This document shows positions 1 through 9,235 of a stretch of DNA of 64,000 nucleotides, piece by piece. This DNA comes from Patescibacteria group bacterium. Lineage in GTDB: Bacteria > Patescibacteriota > Microgenomatia > CAYGWK01. The stretch is from positions 130,321-194,320 of the forward strand of contig JBMORX010000009.1 in assembly GCA_049322615.1 (NCBI GenBank), given 5' to 3'. Every line of letters starts with the position of its first letter. Position 1 is the first letter of the stretch. A program made the position numbers and the translations under genes. Under the pieces are notes generated by a model. The model saw nothing but the letters and a program-made list of their open reading frames with translations, was not told the origin of the DNA and made no database searches.

Positions 1-304
1 TTTGGCAGAACATCAATTTTAATCTCTCTCCCTTCCCAAATGAGCAAATCATTATCAAATTTTCCTTCTCTTAAATATTCCAAAATTTTTTCTTTTTCTT
101 TTGATTTTGGGGAAGTGAGGAGATTTTCGACAGCGACAAGTTTAGTTTTCCCAAACAATGAACCAGACTCTAAAGCCAAGCGAATTCCCGAAAGAGAAAT
201 TTTTTGGCCGTCGCAAATTACTGTCTCAATCCTATCTTGTCTTGCTTTTTCCAAAATTTCAATTAGTCTCTTTCGGCTTTGAACAATATTTTCTCCGTGG
301 AGGA
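1..304 (-). CDS. partial CDS (N-terminus; gene continues beyond the window start), DNA polymerase III delta subunit (HolA)-like
   Basis: Minus-strand translation from the ATG at 304 gives MIKVLHGENIVQSRKRLIEILEKARQ...LFGKTKLVAVENLL, the HolA N-terminal pattern. Not in the ORF track because it runs off the edge. Confidence 0.4.
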
Positions 305-310
305 CTTTAA

Positions 311-682
311 TCATTTGGGTAAATTTTTAAATAATCTTTCAATCTTTTCTCCGAACCTCTCTCCCCTACTTTTTCGATGGGGGAGAAGGGCACCGGAAAA
401 GTTTTTGGGAATATGCAAAAGTTCATGAATCAGAGTTTTTCTTTGATCATCTTTTTTAAGTCTATCAAACCTCTCCGAAAGAACTTCGAGGCAATAAGCA
501 GGCTCTTGCTCTAAGGCTTTTTGCCAAATTCGCGGTAAAGACCAAATTCGCGCCGTTGCCCTGGATTTTGAACCAAAACTCCGAAAACAAAAAATTCTTT
601 TTGGGGAAATATGATTAAAAGAAAGCTTTTTAGCCAAAAAATCTACTTGTTTTTGAATATCTTGAGCAAATTCCCAATTCAT
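311..682 (-). CDS. putative zinc metallopeptidase (HExxH motif; DUF45/SprT-like)
   Basis: 123-aa ORF with an IHELLHI (HExxH) motif. Family assignment is tentative. Confidence 0.35.
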   Translation of the reverse strand: MNWEFAQDIQKQVDFLAKKLSFNHISPKRIFCFRSFGSKSRATARIWSLPRIWQKALEQEPAYCLEVLSERFDRLKKDDQRKTLIHELLHIPKNFSGALLPHRKSRGERFGEKIERLFKNLPK

Positions 683-800
683 GTTTTAATATTCGCATAA
701 ATTCGTGTTGCGGCGCAACGTGACTTGTGAGGAAAATCTGAGCCTCACCGCCGCTAAATTTGTGTAAATTCGTGTAAAAAAACTCACAAGGTCACAAGCG

Positions 801-1055
801 TTACGAACTAATTTTAAACACTTCGTCTCCCTCTTTAACTTCTTGATCAACCTTTAAACCAATACTTTGGCCCTTTTTGGCTTCTTGGATATTTTCGTGC
901 TCAATTTGCATTGAGGAAACTTGTTGAGTAAATTCATTCCCATGACCTGAGATTCTAATTGTCTCTCCAACTGCAAGATTATCACTAAGTTCAACAACCG
1001 CTACCCCAATCTTGTCATAATAATGGGTAATTTTCCCTATTTTAAAATCCGGCAT
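801..1055 (-). CDS. small beta-barrel protein, EF-Tu domain-2-like
   Basis: 84-aa ORF (MPDFKIGKITHYYDKIGVAVVEL...) with a strong RBS, GAGGGGGTGA, upstream. Confidence 0.3.
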   Translation of the reverse strand: MPDFKIGKITHYYDKIGVAVVELSDNLAVGETIRISGHGNEFTQQVSSMQIEHENIQEAKKGQSIGLKVDQEVKEGDEVFKISS

Positions 1056-1059
1056 TAGT

Positions 1060-1198
1060 TGTTTGTCACCCCCTCTCTGTGCCTTCAGGAATAGGAAGTT
1101 ATGTTTCCGAATGCACCCCTAATCACAGAAAGCACTGAACTTAACTGAAGGCACTGAGTTTTCTGTGCCCTCAGTGTTGCAGGTTTCCCTTTCGGAAT
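1060..1198 (-). repeat. conserved 5' leader element, copy A (second copy at 22417..22527)
   Basis: CACCCCCTCTCTGTGCCTTCAGGA.TAGGAAGTT...TTCCGAATGCACCCC...CTGTGTTGCA.G...TTCGGAATCTA is shared with the second copy. It has internal inverted repeats (TTCCGAA/TTCGGAA) and ends in a GAGGGGGTGA RBS immediately before the ATG of the downstream minus-strand gene. Confidence 0.5.
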
Positions 1199-1699
1199 CT
1201 ACTCTTTATTTATTCTACCACAAACTTTTTTCCAGTGGCAAATCGCCACCGCCAAAGCATCGCAGACATCATCAAAATGAGTTTTCTTATGATTTGGAGA
1301 ACGGAAAGACAAAAGCCTCCGGACCTGCCTTTTAACCATTTTTTTATCGGCTTTGCCCGAACCACAAATTTCCATCTTGACTTGCATTGGGACATACTCC
1401 GCTACTGGAATTCTCCCGCGGGCGGCGGCTAGCCTGATGACTCCGGTTGCTTCAGAAACCGCCATGGCAGTTTTAGCATTCGTAGCAAAAAATAGTCTTT
1501 CAATTGCTAAGACATCGGGTTTGTAGCTCTTAATTAAAGAGGCAATTTCCTTATAGATTGCTATCAGACGCTTCCCCCTAAAGTCTCCTTTGTTGGTTTT
1601 TATCCAACCAAAGTCTAAAAGTTCAAAGCCATTTCTTTTGGTCCGCAGCAGACCAAAGCCAGTTGTTGCCGTACCTGGATCAATCCCTAAAATGAGCAT
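1199..1699 (-). CDS. ruvC: Holliday junction resolvase RuvC
   Basis: MLILGIDPGTATTGFGLL N-terminus with RuvC catalytic-core conservation. Start chosen at the internal Met. Confidence 0.85.
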   Translation of the reverse strand: MLILGIDPGTATTGFGLLRTKRNGFELLDFGWIKTNKGDFRGKRLIAIYKEIASLIKSYKPDVLAIERLFFATNAKTAMAVSEATGVIRLAAARGRIPVAEYVPMQVKMEICGSGKADKKMVKRQVRRLLSFRSPNHKKTHFDDVCDALAVAICHWKKVCGRINKE

Positions 1700-1799
1700 T
1701 AAGAAAATTATAGCAAGCATATAACACATTGACAAGTTATGTTATATTATTCCCAGACGCTGGCTCTTTAAAATTTTAACCCTTAAAGGAGGCTTTAAG

Positions 1800-2570
1800 G
1801 TGCTTGAGAAATTAAAGCTCAAACTAGCAAGAGACAAACTCAGACTGGCAATCATGATTGCCCTTTTCACCTTGTCGGCAATTGCCTACAAAGTGATCTT
1901 TGGCACTCTAGGAGCAATAGAAATTTTGGCATTTCTCCTAATCCATGAAGGTGGTCATGTTTGGGCAATAGGAAGAACAAGAACTCGGCTTAAAGGAATC
2001 TACTTTCTACCCCTTATTGGAGCTAATGTAACCACCAAAGAAGAGCCTGATTCCTATAAAGCTGAATTCTACACCGCCATAATGGGCCCAACCATGGATC
2101 TAGCCTTCATCTTAATTATCCTAGGCGGATACTGGTATTCTCAGAACATGGTCTTCTTGGTCATTGCCGCCATCTTTGCCTTGACAGACATGTTCTACCT
2201 ATTACCAGTTTTGCCAATGGATGGGGGTTTGATGCTAAAATCTATTGCTTTCTCGTTTTCACCCAAAATCAGACTTCTCCTGATAATCCTGGGATGGTTG
2301 TTCGGCTCACTTATCTACGCCACGACGATTATTTTCCCTTTAATAATCGAAGCGAGCAGATTTGCTAAAGAACTCTTCCAGGCGGGTTTTCTCCTCTTTG
2401 TGGTGTTTCAAATTAGCTGGGAACTATGGCAATTCAAAACATTAGCCGAAGAGGAGAAAAAACCAAAGAGAAGATGTCAAAAAATGAAGTCGTGGGTCAC
2501 CTTACTTTGTACCTTTTCCTGGTGGGCACCCTGCTTTTGGTCATCACCATCACCGCCGGTGCCACCCTGA
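1800..2570 (+). CDS. site-2 protease, M50 family zinc metalloprotease (SpoIVFB-like)
   Basis: HEGGH (HExxH) sits in a TM helix and the LPMDGG (NxxPxxxLDGG) motif is present. The protein is polytopic. A GGAGG RBS precedes a GTG start. The C-terminal ~40 aa look odd, so a frameshift or the overlapping small ORF 2426..2623 is possible. Confidence 0.65.
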   Translation: MLEKLKLKLARDKLRLAIMIALFTLSAIAYKVIFGTLGAIEILAFLLIHEGGHVWAIGRTRTRLKGIYFLPLIGANVTTKEEPDSYKAEFYTAIMGPTMDLAFILIILGGYWYSQNMVFLVIAAIFALTDMFYLLPVLPMDGGLMLKSIAFSFSPKIRLLLIILGWLFGSLIYATTIIFPLIIEASRFAKELFQAGFLLFVVFQISWELWQFKTLAEEEKKPKRRCQKMKSWVTLLCTFSWWAPCFWSSPSPPVPP

Positions 2571-2627
2571 TTACCGCAAATCCAGAAGGGATACTAGAGT
2601 CGCTAATGAGCCTCCGTCATTGACTGG

Positions 2628-2690
2628 CCACCATTTGTGGTTCTTGCTTAAGAACAAAACCAAGTGGTGGCCTTTCTTTTTTTAGAGCTT
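2628..2690 (+). terminator. hairpin (GGCCACCA...TGGTGGCC) followed by a T-run
   Basis: 8-bp stem with a nested GTTCTT/AAGAAC hairpin, then TTTCTTTTTTT. Confidence 0.45.
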
Positions 2691-2745
2691 TCCAGGATAG
2701 TCCTGGGTTCGTGCCTGTTCCAGGATAGTCCTGGGTTTGGTACCT
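2691..2745. repeat. two tandem copies of the palindromic unit TTCCAGGATAGTCCTGGGTT
   Basis: CCAGGA-TAGT-CCTGG is a perfect palindrome. The same doublet recurs in-frame inside the gene at 28664..28712. Confidence 0.7.
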
Positions 2746-3381
2746 TCAAAAAGTTGCTTTTCCGGTTAACCCCAATCGCAAATCAGATAAATTAGATAAA
2801 GAGACAAAAACCGGGAAAATACCCTCTTTAAGCGGGGAAAAACCAATTTTTTCTATTTTTCCCTCAAAGGTTTTATCTGGAAAGGCTTTAAGACTAACTT
2901 TTACTGGCTGACCAACACTTGTCTGGGAAAGCTCTTCCTCTGGCAGCTCGCCCTCAAAGAAAAGACTTTTGGGATTGACAACCGTTATCACAAATCCAGC
3001 CGGAGTAATATTTTCTCCAGGTTGGCCTGGGTCCATCTCCGTTACTATTCCCTCAATCGAGGAATAAAGGTCAGTCGCATTTAAATTTGCCTTGGCAATC
3101 TCAACATTTTTAACAGAAATATCCAAAGAATCCTGATATTTTCTTTTTTCATATTCAGTTAACTCTTGTTTTTGCTTCTCATCGAAAAGAGCTCTTTCCA
3201 AATCATATTCTTTTAAAGCCCTCTCTAAATAAGCCTGAAGTTCGGTTTTTTCCAAAGTTGCCAAAAGTTGCCCCTTTTTGACGGTATCTCCGATTTTGCA
3301 ATTAACTGAAGCGAGTTTTCCGCTAATTTGAAATTTAATATAGGCAACTTCAGAAGCCTTAATTTTTCCAGAAAATTCCAT
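2746..3381 (-). CDS. HlyD-family periplasmic adaptor (membrane-fusion protein)-like
   Basis: Biotinyl/lipoyl-like hairpin (IGDTVKKGQLLATLE), a coiled-coil segment and a C-terminal beta-barrel pattern. It is short (211 aa) with no N-terminal TM. Confidence 0.45.
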   Translation of the reverse strand: MEFSGKIKASEVAYIKFQISGKLASVNCKIGDTVKKGQLLATLEKTELQAYLERALKEYDLERALFDEKQKQELTEYEKRKYQDSLDISVKNVEIAKANLNATDLYSSIEGIVTEMDPGQPGENITPAGFVITVVNPKSLFFEGELPEEELSQTSVGQPVKVSLKAFPDKTFEGKIEKIGFSPLKEGIFPVFVSLSNLSDLRLGLTGKATF

Positions 3382-3409
3382 AATTTAATACTACCACCTT
3401 TCTCGATTT

Positions 3410-3787
3410 TCAACCAGTGATATTTTTGATGATTTTTATCTTCCCTACTCTACCTGTGGGGGAGAGGTCAAGACAAACAGCATCTAAACGTAAGGCTTCC
3501 GGAAGTTCGGGGTGAAGCATTTTATAATATTCGCCTGCCTTAATAATCCTTCTTATTTTCCAAGGAGTAATTGCCTCTTCTGGTGGACCGAAAGATTTGC
3601 TCCAGCGGGTTTTGACCTCAACAAAAACCAATACTTGCCCTGAGCCTGCCGAAGGGTCTTGAGCAATAATATCGATTTCTCCAAATTTCGAACGGAAATT
3701 TCTTTGAAGAATTTTGTAGCCGTTCTTTTTGAGGAATTTTACCGCGAGATCTTCCCCTAAAATTCCTAAATCGGGCCTGTCTGGCAT
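3410..3787 (-). CDS. yraN: YraN-family (UPF0102) endonuclease
   Basis: GEDLAVKFLKKNGYKILQRNFR...GEIDIIAQD...VFVEVKTR matches the YraN hallmarks. Confidence 0.8.
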   Translation of the reverse strand: MPDRPDLGILGEDLAVKFLKKNGYKILQRNFRSKFGEIDIIAQDPSAGSGQVLVFVEVKTRWSKSFGPPEEAITPWKIRRIIKAGEYYKMLHPELPEALRLDAVCLDLSPTGRVGKIKIIKNITG

Positions 3788-4065
3788 TATTTTTTACTCT
3801 GTTTTCGGAGATAATAAAGCTTTGCTCGTCTTACCTTGCCTTTTTTCTTAACCTCAATTTTGGTTAATAAAGGTGAGGTAAGAGGAAAAATTCTTTCAAT
3901 CCCAATCCCTCCTGCCCCAATTCGCCTAACCGTAAAAGTTTTATTCTCGCCTTCTCCCCGGATAGCAATTACCGTTCCCTGGAAGGGGTTTCCTGAACCA
4001 AAGAAAACTTTAACATTGTCTCCAACTGAAAATTCGGTTTCTCCTAATTTTGCCTGATTTGCCAT
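3787..4065 (-). CDS. rplS: 50S ribosomal protein L19
   Basis: [24 protein letters not shown]...RRAKLYYLR matches the L19 consensus. Confidence 0.85.
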   Translation of the reverse strand: MANQAKLGETEFSVGDNVKVFFGSGNPFQGTVIAIRGEGENKTFTVRRIGAGGIGIERIFPLTSPLLTKIEVKKKGKVRRAKLYYLRKQSKK

Positions 4066-4072
4066 ATGAAGA

Positions 4073-5740
4073 TTATTGTAGCATGGCAGCCTTTATGAAT
4101 TCAAGGAAGAGCGGGTGGGGAGAAAGAAATCTAGATTTGTATTCTGGATGGAATTGGATGCCAACAAAAAATGGGTGGTCGGGGATTTCCACGGCTTCAA
4201 TCAATTTTCCATCAGGCGAGACACCGGAAATCTTCATCCCTGCCTTCTCAAATAATTCTTGATATTTATTATTAAATTCATATCGATGGCGATGGCGTTC
4301 GGAAATTAGGTAATTAGTAATTAGTAATTGGGAATTAGTAGTTTTATTATATTTTTCGTAACAATTAGCCGTTTTGGTGCCCCTGATTAACTTGCAAGGC
4401 CAAGCCCCAAGCCTGATTGTCCCTCCATATTGATGTTTTTCAAGATATTCTTTCTGATCAGGCATAATGTGGATAACTGGATGTTTAGTTTTGGGGTTAA
4501 CCTCGGTCGAATTTGCTCCAGTCAAACCTAAAACATTCCGCCCAAATTCAATCACCGCCATCTGCATTCCAAAACAAAGACCAAGGTAAGGAATTTTGTT
4601 TTCCCGGGCATACTGAACCGCTTTTATTTTTCCCTCAACTCCTCGACTTCCCCAACCCTGGGGCACAACAACTCCGTCTACCCCTTTCAGGGCTTCAGTT
4701 AATTTCTGTGTATTCAGTGTTTCCAGTTTTTCACTGTCAATCCAAACAATTTCTGGTTTAACATTATTAAACCAGGCTGCATGTTTAATCGCCTCGAGGA
4801 CACTAATATAGGAATCTCCCAGAGAAAAATCACCGCTGGTGTAGTATTTTGCCACTATACCAATTTTCACTTCTTTTTTCAATTGATTGCTCTTTTGAAC
4901 CATTTTCTCCCAGTCTAAAAGATCTCTTTTCCGGCTTTTTAAGCCAAATTTTTTTAAGATTTTTTCTGTCAAATTTTGTTTCTCGAAATTTAAAGGAATC
5001 TCATAAATGTTAGTCACATCTGGGGCTGAAATAACATCATCTTTGTCAACATTACAAAAAAGAGCCAATTTTTCTTTCCGAATTTCATCCAGTGGTTTTT
5101 CGCTGCGACCTAAAATAAAGTCTGGCTGCAAGCCAACAGAGTTTAAAGCCCTAACTGACATCTGAACCGGTTTCGATTTCATTTCTCCGATTGAGAGAGG
5201 AATTGGTAAGTAACCAAGATGAATATGTAAAACATCCTCTGGGCGAGCTAACTTTAACATTCGGTTAGCCTCCAAAAAGAGAGCATTCTGATACTCTCCT
5301 ACCGTTCCCCCTATCTCGACCAGAACGATATTGGCTTTTCTTTCTTCACCTCCCTTTTCAATACGGCGAATGATTTCTTCTGGAATATGGGGGACAACCT
5401 CGACACATTTACCCCCATACTCTAAGTTTCGTTCTCGAGCAATTACCGTTTGATAAACTTGCCCAGTAGTCATGTAATTTAAGGCACTAAGATTTTCACC
5501 TAAGAAACGTTCATAATGACCAAGATCTTGGTCGGTTTCTGAACCGTCGTCCAAAACGAAAATCTCCCCATGAACTACTGGATTCATTGTTCCAGCATCA
5601 ACGTTAATATAGGGATCACACTTTATTGGAGAAACCATAAAACCCCGCGATTTTAAAAGTAAAGAAATTGCAGCAGTAGCCAAGCCCTTGCCGATTCCAG
5701 AAATTACTCCCCCAGAAATAAAAATAAACTTAGGTCGCAC
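4073..5740 (-). CDS. pyrG: CTP synthase
   Basis: [20 protein letters not shown]-terminus, a GATase domain ending [11 protein letters not shown], 555 aa. Contains a short GTAATTA-type repeat insertion at 4290..4325. Confidence 0.95.
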   Translation of the reverse strand: MRPKFIFISGGVISGIGKGLATAAISLLLKSRGFMVSPIKCDPYINVDAGTMNPVVHGEIFVLDDGSETDQDLGHYERFLGENLSALNYMTTGQVYQTVIARERNLEYGGKCVEVVPHIPEEIIRRIEKGGEERKANIVLVEIGGTVGEYQNALFLEANRMLKLARPEDVLHIHLGYLPIPLSIGEMKSKPVQMSVRALNSVGLQPDFILGRSEKPLDEIRKEKLALFCNVDKDDVISAPDVTNIYEIPLNFEKQNLTEKILKKFGLKSRKRDLLDWEKMVQKSNQLKKEVKIGIVAKYYTSGDFSLGDSYISVLEAIKHAAWFNNVKPEIVWIDSEKLETLNTQKLTEALKGVDGVVVPQGWGSRGVEGKIKAVQYARENKIPYLGLCFGMQMAVIEFGRNVLGLTGANSTEVNPKTKHPVIHIMPDQKEYLEKHQYGGTIRLGAWPCKLIRGTKTANCYEKYNKTTNSQLLITNYLISERHRHRYEFNNKYQELFEKAGMKISGVSPDGKLIEAVEIPDHPFFVGIQFHPEYKSRFLSPHPLFLEFIKAAMLQ

Positions 5741-5798
5741 AGCTCATTATCCAAAAAAAACTATCTTTCTGTCAAGCCCTCCAATCTAATATTTATAA

Positions 5799-5812
5799 AT
5801 AACGGCCGTTAT
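5799..5812. promoter_or_regulatory. perfect palindrome ATAACGGCCGTTAT, 25 bp upstream of the PaaX-like gene
   Basis: 14-bp perfect palindrome. The same TAACGGCCGTTA core recurs at 6598..6612, overlapping the stop codon of the same gene. Confidence 0.5.
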
Positions 5813-5836
5813 GGTTAAATATTAAAGGGGGAAGAG

Positions 5837-6601
5837 ATGGCTAAGAAATTAAGAATCAGAGATAAACTTCTTCTCGGCCTCGCCTTATCGGCTGATATTA
5901 TTCTGCCGGCAACTTTACGAGCAATGAGAGGGTTACCACCCCAGAGTCTATCTTTATGGGGACCTCCAGCCTATAAGAAAGAAAATTTTTATTCATTAGC
6001 TTCAAGGTTGGTAAAAACTAATTTTATTGAAAAAATTATTAAAGACGGTCAGCCCTATTTGCGACTAAGCAATCAGGGAAGAATAAGACTAAATCGGGAC
6101 TTCCCTCTTCTTCTGATGCAGCAGAAGGGTTGGGATGGTCAATGGCGGATAGTGATTTTCGACATTAGTGAGGCAAGCCGTTATATTCGCGATGTTTTAA
6201 GAGAGAAGTTAAAAAGCTTGGGTTTTGGTAAGTTACAACAAAGTGTTTACATCTCCCCTTACGATTTTGAGCAAGATTTAGCCGAATTTTTAGAAAGCCA
6301 TCATCTTTTGGGAAAAGCCTTTGTTTTGACCGCCAAACATAGACTGATGGGTGACGCCCAAACTTTAGCCAATTATGTTTGGAAACTAGATAAAATTAAT
6401 GGGGAGTACCAAGAAATTTTGGATAAACTGGAAAAATTAAAGTTGCCAAAGGCAGCCGAAGAAAAAACAGCCCTTATCCAACAATTAAGAATAGAATATT
6501 TTGACTTGCTTTTAAAAGATCCCCTCCTGCCAAAAGAACTTTTACCCGATGATTGGCTAGGTTTCTCTGTCCGTAGAGTTATCTCTAATATTAGCACCTA
6601 A
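5837..6601 (+). CDS. PaaX-family transcriptional regulator-like protein
   Basis: The C-terminal segment WDGQWRIVIFDISEASRYIRDVLREKLKSLGFGKLQQSVYISP matches the PaaX C-terminal domain pattern. N-terminal wHTH is likely. Confidence 0.6.
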   Translation: MAKKLRIRDKLLLGLALSADIILPATLRAMRGLPPQSLSLWGPPAYKKENFYSLASRLVKTNFIEKIIKDGQPYLRLSNQGRIRLNRDFPLLLMQQKGWDGQWRIVIFDISEASRYIRDVLREKLKSLGFGKLQQSVYISPYDFEQDLAEFLESHHLLGKAFVLTAKHRLMGDAQTLANYVWKLDKINGEYQEILDKLEKLKLPKAAEEKTALIQQLRIEYFDLLLKDPLLPKELLPDDWLGFSVRRVISNIST

Positions 6602-6612
6602 CGGCCGTTACC
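6598..6612. promoter_or_regulatory. palindrome TAACGGCCGTTA overlapping the stop of the PaaX-like gene
   Basis: 12-bp perfect palindrome with the same core as 5799..5812. Confidence 0.5.
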
Positions 6613-6645
6613 ACGAAATATCATGTTTGTTTAAATTAAAAGAGG

Positions 6646-7458
6646 TCAAGAAGTAATCCTTCCTCGATTCCACCAGGCTCGATTGTCATACCACGGCAAA
6701 AGAGGCTCGCTCCAGTCTCCAGCATCGCCAACGGCATAAGTTCCTTGAGGATATCTTTCTTCAACAGTTCTCATCAAATAAAAAACTTCATTCATGGCAT
6801 AAACTGGCATTCCTCCTTTAATCGCTAACCCTAGATTAAGTCCTCTGGCATAATCCAAAAGAAACTCCCCACCAAGCTGGGAAACAGCCAAAGCATGGAC
6901 CTCGATAATTTTTGGTCTAACCTCATTTTCAGCAATTGTTTTTAAAATGCCGGCGATAGTAATTCCGGTGGCAACGCAACCCTCACCGATGATTATTCTC
7001 TCTTTTTCGAAATCTTCAAGCGGCAAAGAACCTATCAAGCCCAGAGCTAAGTCTCCATTTTCCATTGGCAGTCTCTTTCCCTCTACTTCATAAACCTCAA
7101 CATGAGGATAAAATCTCGCCACCAGACTTCCTGCTCTTTTGATGGCGATAAATTTCCCTTGAGTTTCAGGTCCTAAGAAAGAAAAAAAATGAGCTAATTG
7201 TCTTTGATATTCAAATCGAGCTCCTGAATTTTCTGGGGTCATGCTGTTAGCAATTCTTGTTATCTTGTCGTAAATTTCCCTAATTCTACTGATTTCAAAA
7301 CCTAAAAACTCAAGACCAGGCAGGTTTTCTTTCGCCCTTTCCTCCAAAGGCACCACGAAATTCCGCATTGGCTCAAAAATCTTCCCAAAGTTAATCACCC
7401 GATCAAATTCTCTTGGTCCATGATAATGCTCGGCTAAACCAGTTACTCTTTCGGTCAT
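6646..7458 (-). CDS. phosphoribosyltransferase-like protein (divergent uracil PRTase-like)
   Basis: RIIIGEGCVATGITIAGIL resembles the PRPP-binding loop of type I PRTases (upp: DPMLATGGS). It lies next to the uracil permease. The call is weak. Confidence 0.3.
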   Translation of the reverse strand: MTERVTGLAEHYHGPREFDRVINFGKIFEPMRNFVVPLEERAKENLPGLEFLGFEISRIREIYDKITRIANSMTPENSGARFEYQRQLAHFFSFLGPETQGKFIAIKRAGSLVARFYPHVEVYEVEGKRLPMENGDLALGLIGSLPLEDFEKERIIIGEGCVATGITIAGILKTIAENEVRPKIIEVHALAVSQLGGEFLLDYARGLNLGLAIKGGMPVYAMNEVFYLMRTVEERYPQGTYAVGDAGDWSEPLLPWYDNRAWWNRGRITS

Positions 7459-7476
7459 AGTTTTTAAATATAAGAA

Positions 7477-7517
7477 CTACTGGAGGGGATGAAAATTGGG
7501 GTGGAAGATTTCCATCC
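7477..7517. terminator. strong hairpin GGAGGGGATG...CATCCCCTCC between the convergent or tandem genes
   Basis: 10-bp GC-rich perfect stem. Confidence 0.5.
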
Positions 7518-7540
7518 CCTCCTTGGATGAATCTGGAAGG

Positions 7541-8971
7541 TTATTTATTGGTGTCTACTGGATCACTTGCGTCGGCAAGAACAGGGGCTGCACGTCTCTC
7601 AACCAGGTCCTGAGCGGTTGGGAACAGGGTAAACATGGTGTTGAGCAGAATCCCGGATAAGGCTGCAGCCGCAATGGCCGGTACTCCGCCAGGTAGAAGC
7701 GTGTCTAGCCCCGGTGGCAGTGGAACGGGGAGCGAACCTCCGTATTTGTTTCCCCCGCCGATCCCCAGGATCAAAACCACCGAGACGATCGCCACGTTCT
7801 TCGGCTCAAGTAGATCACCAGCCTCCAGGAGCATTTTGATGCCCACGATGCCAAAGGCGGCGAACATGTAGATAGCCAACCCACCGGTGACTGCTGTGGG
7901 AATTGTCTCGACCAGAGCCTCAAGATGCCCGCTGAAACCAGAGAGAATCCCAAGGATCGCAGCCGTCATCACCGCGAACACAGTCGCTGCGCCAGAGGCG
8001 ATGATTGTAGCAATTGTCTCTCCGTAGTTAGTTCCCATTGCCCCACCGAGCATGCCGGTGATCACGTCACCCAGCCCGTCACCCACGATGTTGCGCCCGA
8101 CCAGATACTCAATGTCTTCCGCCTTCTTCCCGTGTCTCTTGGCAATGTCCTTGATGGCGATTCTCACTTGGTAGAAGTGAGCCAAACTTTCTGGGATGGT
8201 TGCGATTACCACCGGAACTATGCTTAGCACCGCCGCCAACGCAGCAGGGTTCCCGAAAGCTGGGAAGACAAGATGGGGTGGACGAACCACTTCGGCGCTA
8301 AACACGGGGGCAAAGTTGACCAATCCCAGGGGAATAGCGACGAGATACCCGACAAACCCTCCCCCTAGGATGGGCAACATTCCCAGGAGGCCGCTTCTTA
8401 GACGCCAAGTCCAGAAGACGACCGCCAGGAAGGTCACAAACGCCACTGTCCACCAGGTGAGACTCGCTATTGGCTTACCGGCCTGGTCAACCAGACAGCA
8501 CATACCGCTAGCCATGTCAATAGCGGCTGAACTTAACGCGTAGGCGATGATCATCGCCACCGATCCTTGCAATCCTGCCGGCAAGACCCTTACAACCCAT
8601 TGGGGACCCATCTTAACGATCAACAGACCCACAAGAATCTGGGTGACACCGGCAACCGCAATGCCAACGAGGGCGATACTGACGCCAACATCTCCGCCTC
8701 CGTTAGCCTTGACGACCATCATCACCGCGGCAATGGCCGAGAACGAACTACCATAGTACAAAGGTACCCTGAACCTTGTGACTACTAATGCCGCCAGGGT
8801 AGCACAACCACTGGCAAACAAAGTTGCCGAGACGTTGAATCCGGTCAGGACCGGAACCAACACCGTAGCCGGGAAAATAGCCAGGAAATGCTGAAACCCT
8901 AACAACAGAGTTGGAGCAAACCCTGGCCATTCTAGCGGCAGGTAGCCACCAATGTTCTTGTTTCTTACCAT
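7541..8971 (-). CDS. NCS2-family nucleobase:cation symporter (uracil/xanthine permease)
   Basis: Polytopic with NCS2 motifs. Start set at MVRNKNIGG, which is preceded by an AAAGGAGAGG RBS. The gene is strikingly GC-rich (~58%) against ~38% in the flanks. Confidence 0.8.
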   Translation of the reverse strand: MVRNKNIGGYLPLEWPGFAPTLLLGFQHFLAIFPATVLVPVLTGFNVSATLFASGCATLAALVVTRFRVPLYYGSSFSAIAAVMMVVKANGGGDVGVSIALVGIAVAGVTQILVGLLIVKMGPQWVVRVLPAGLQGSVAMIIAYALSSAAIDMASGMCCLVDQAGKPIASLTWWTVAFVTFLAVVFWTWRLRSGLLGMLPILGGGFVGYLVAIPLGLVNFAPVFSAEVVRPPHLVFPAFGNPAALAAVLSIVPVVIATIPESLAHFYQVRIAIKDIAKRHGKKAEDIEYLVGRNIVGDGLGDVITGMLGGAMGTNYGETIATIIASGAATVFAVMTAAILGILSGFSGHLEALVETIPTAVTGGLAIYMFAAFGIVGIKMLLEAGDLLEPKNVAIVSVVLILGIGGGNKYGGSLPVPLPPGLDTLLPGGVPAIAAAALSGILLNTMFTLFPTAQDLVERRAAPVLADASDPVDTNK

Positions 8972-9169
8972 CGCTTTCCTCTCCTTTGTTAGAATACTGC
9001 CTTTTGCTTCCACCCCAAAGCAAGGGGACGTTTGACGTCCCAAGGGCAGCGGAGAAAAGCCGAAGGTAACCACCGTCTCCCTCGGCCCCTCCCTGCTGCC
9101 CTCTTGGAGTGGAAATTTTAACCTTCCAGATTGTTAAAGAGCGTCTGCTTTCCGCTTATGGAAAGCGAC

Positions 9170-9235
9170 TCAAAAAAAATCCCGCCATTTGGCGGGGCTA
9201 AAAAATTAAAAAAATAACCACCTTTCGGTGGTTTG
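9170..9235 (-). terminator. two tandem rho-independent terminators
   Basis: Minus strand: CCCCGCCAAATGGCGGGATTTTTTTTGA and CCACCGAAAGGTGGTTATTTTTTTAATTTTTT. Confidence 0.6.

Noticed and set aside
2426-2623. ORF 2426..2623 (65 aa, one TM helix) overlapping the M50 protease 3' end
   Set aside because: It could be a frameshifted C-terminus of the protease or a spurious overlap. It is not annotated separately.
7635-8788. Several + strand ORFs inside the permease gene (7635..7871, 7925..8227, 8196..8543, 8547..8788)
   Set aside because: Antisense open frames caused by the high GC of the foreign permease gene. The minus-strand NCS2 frame is clearly the real one.
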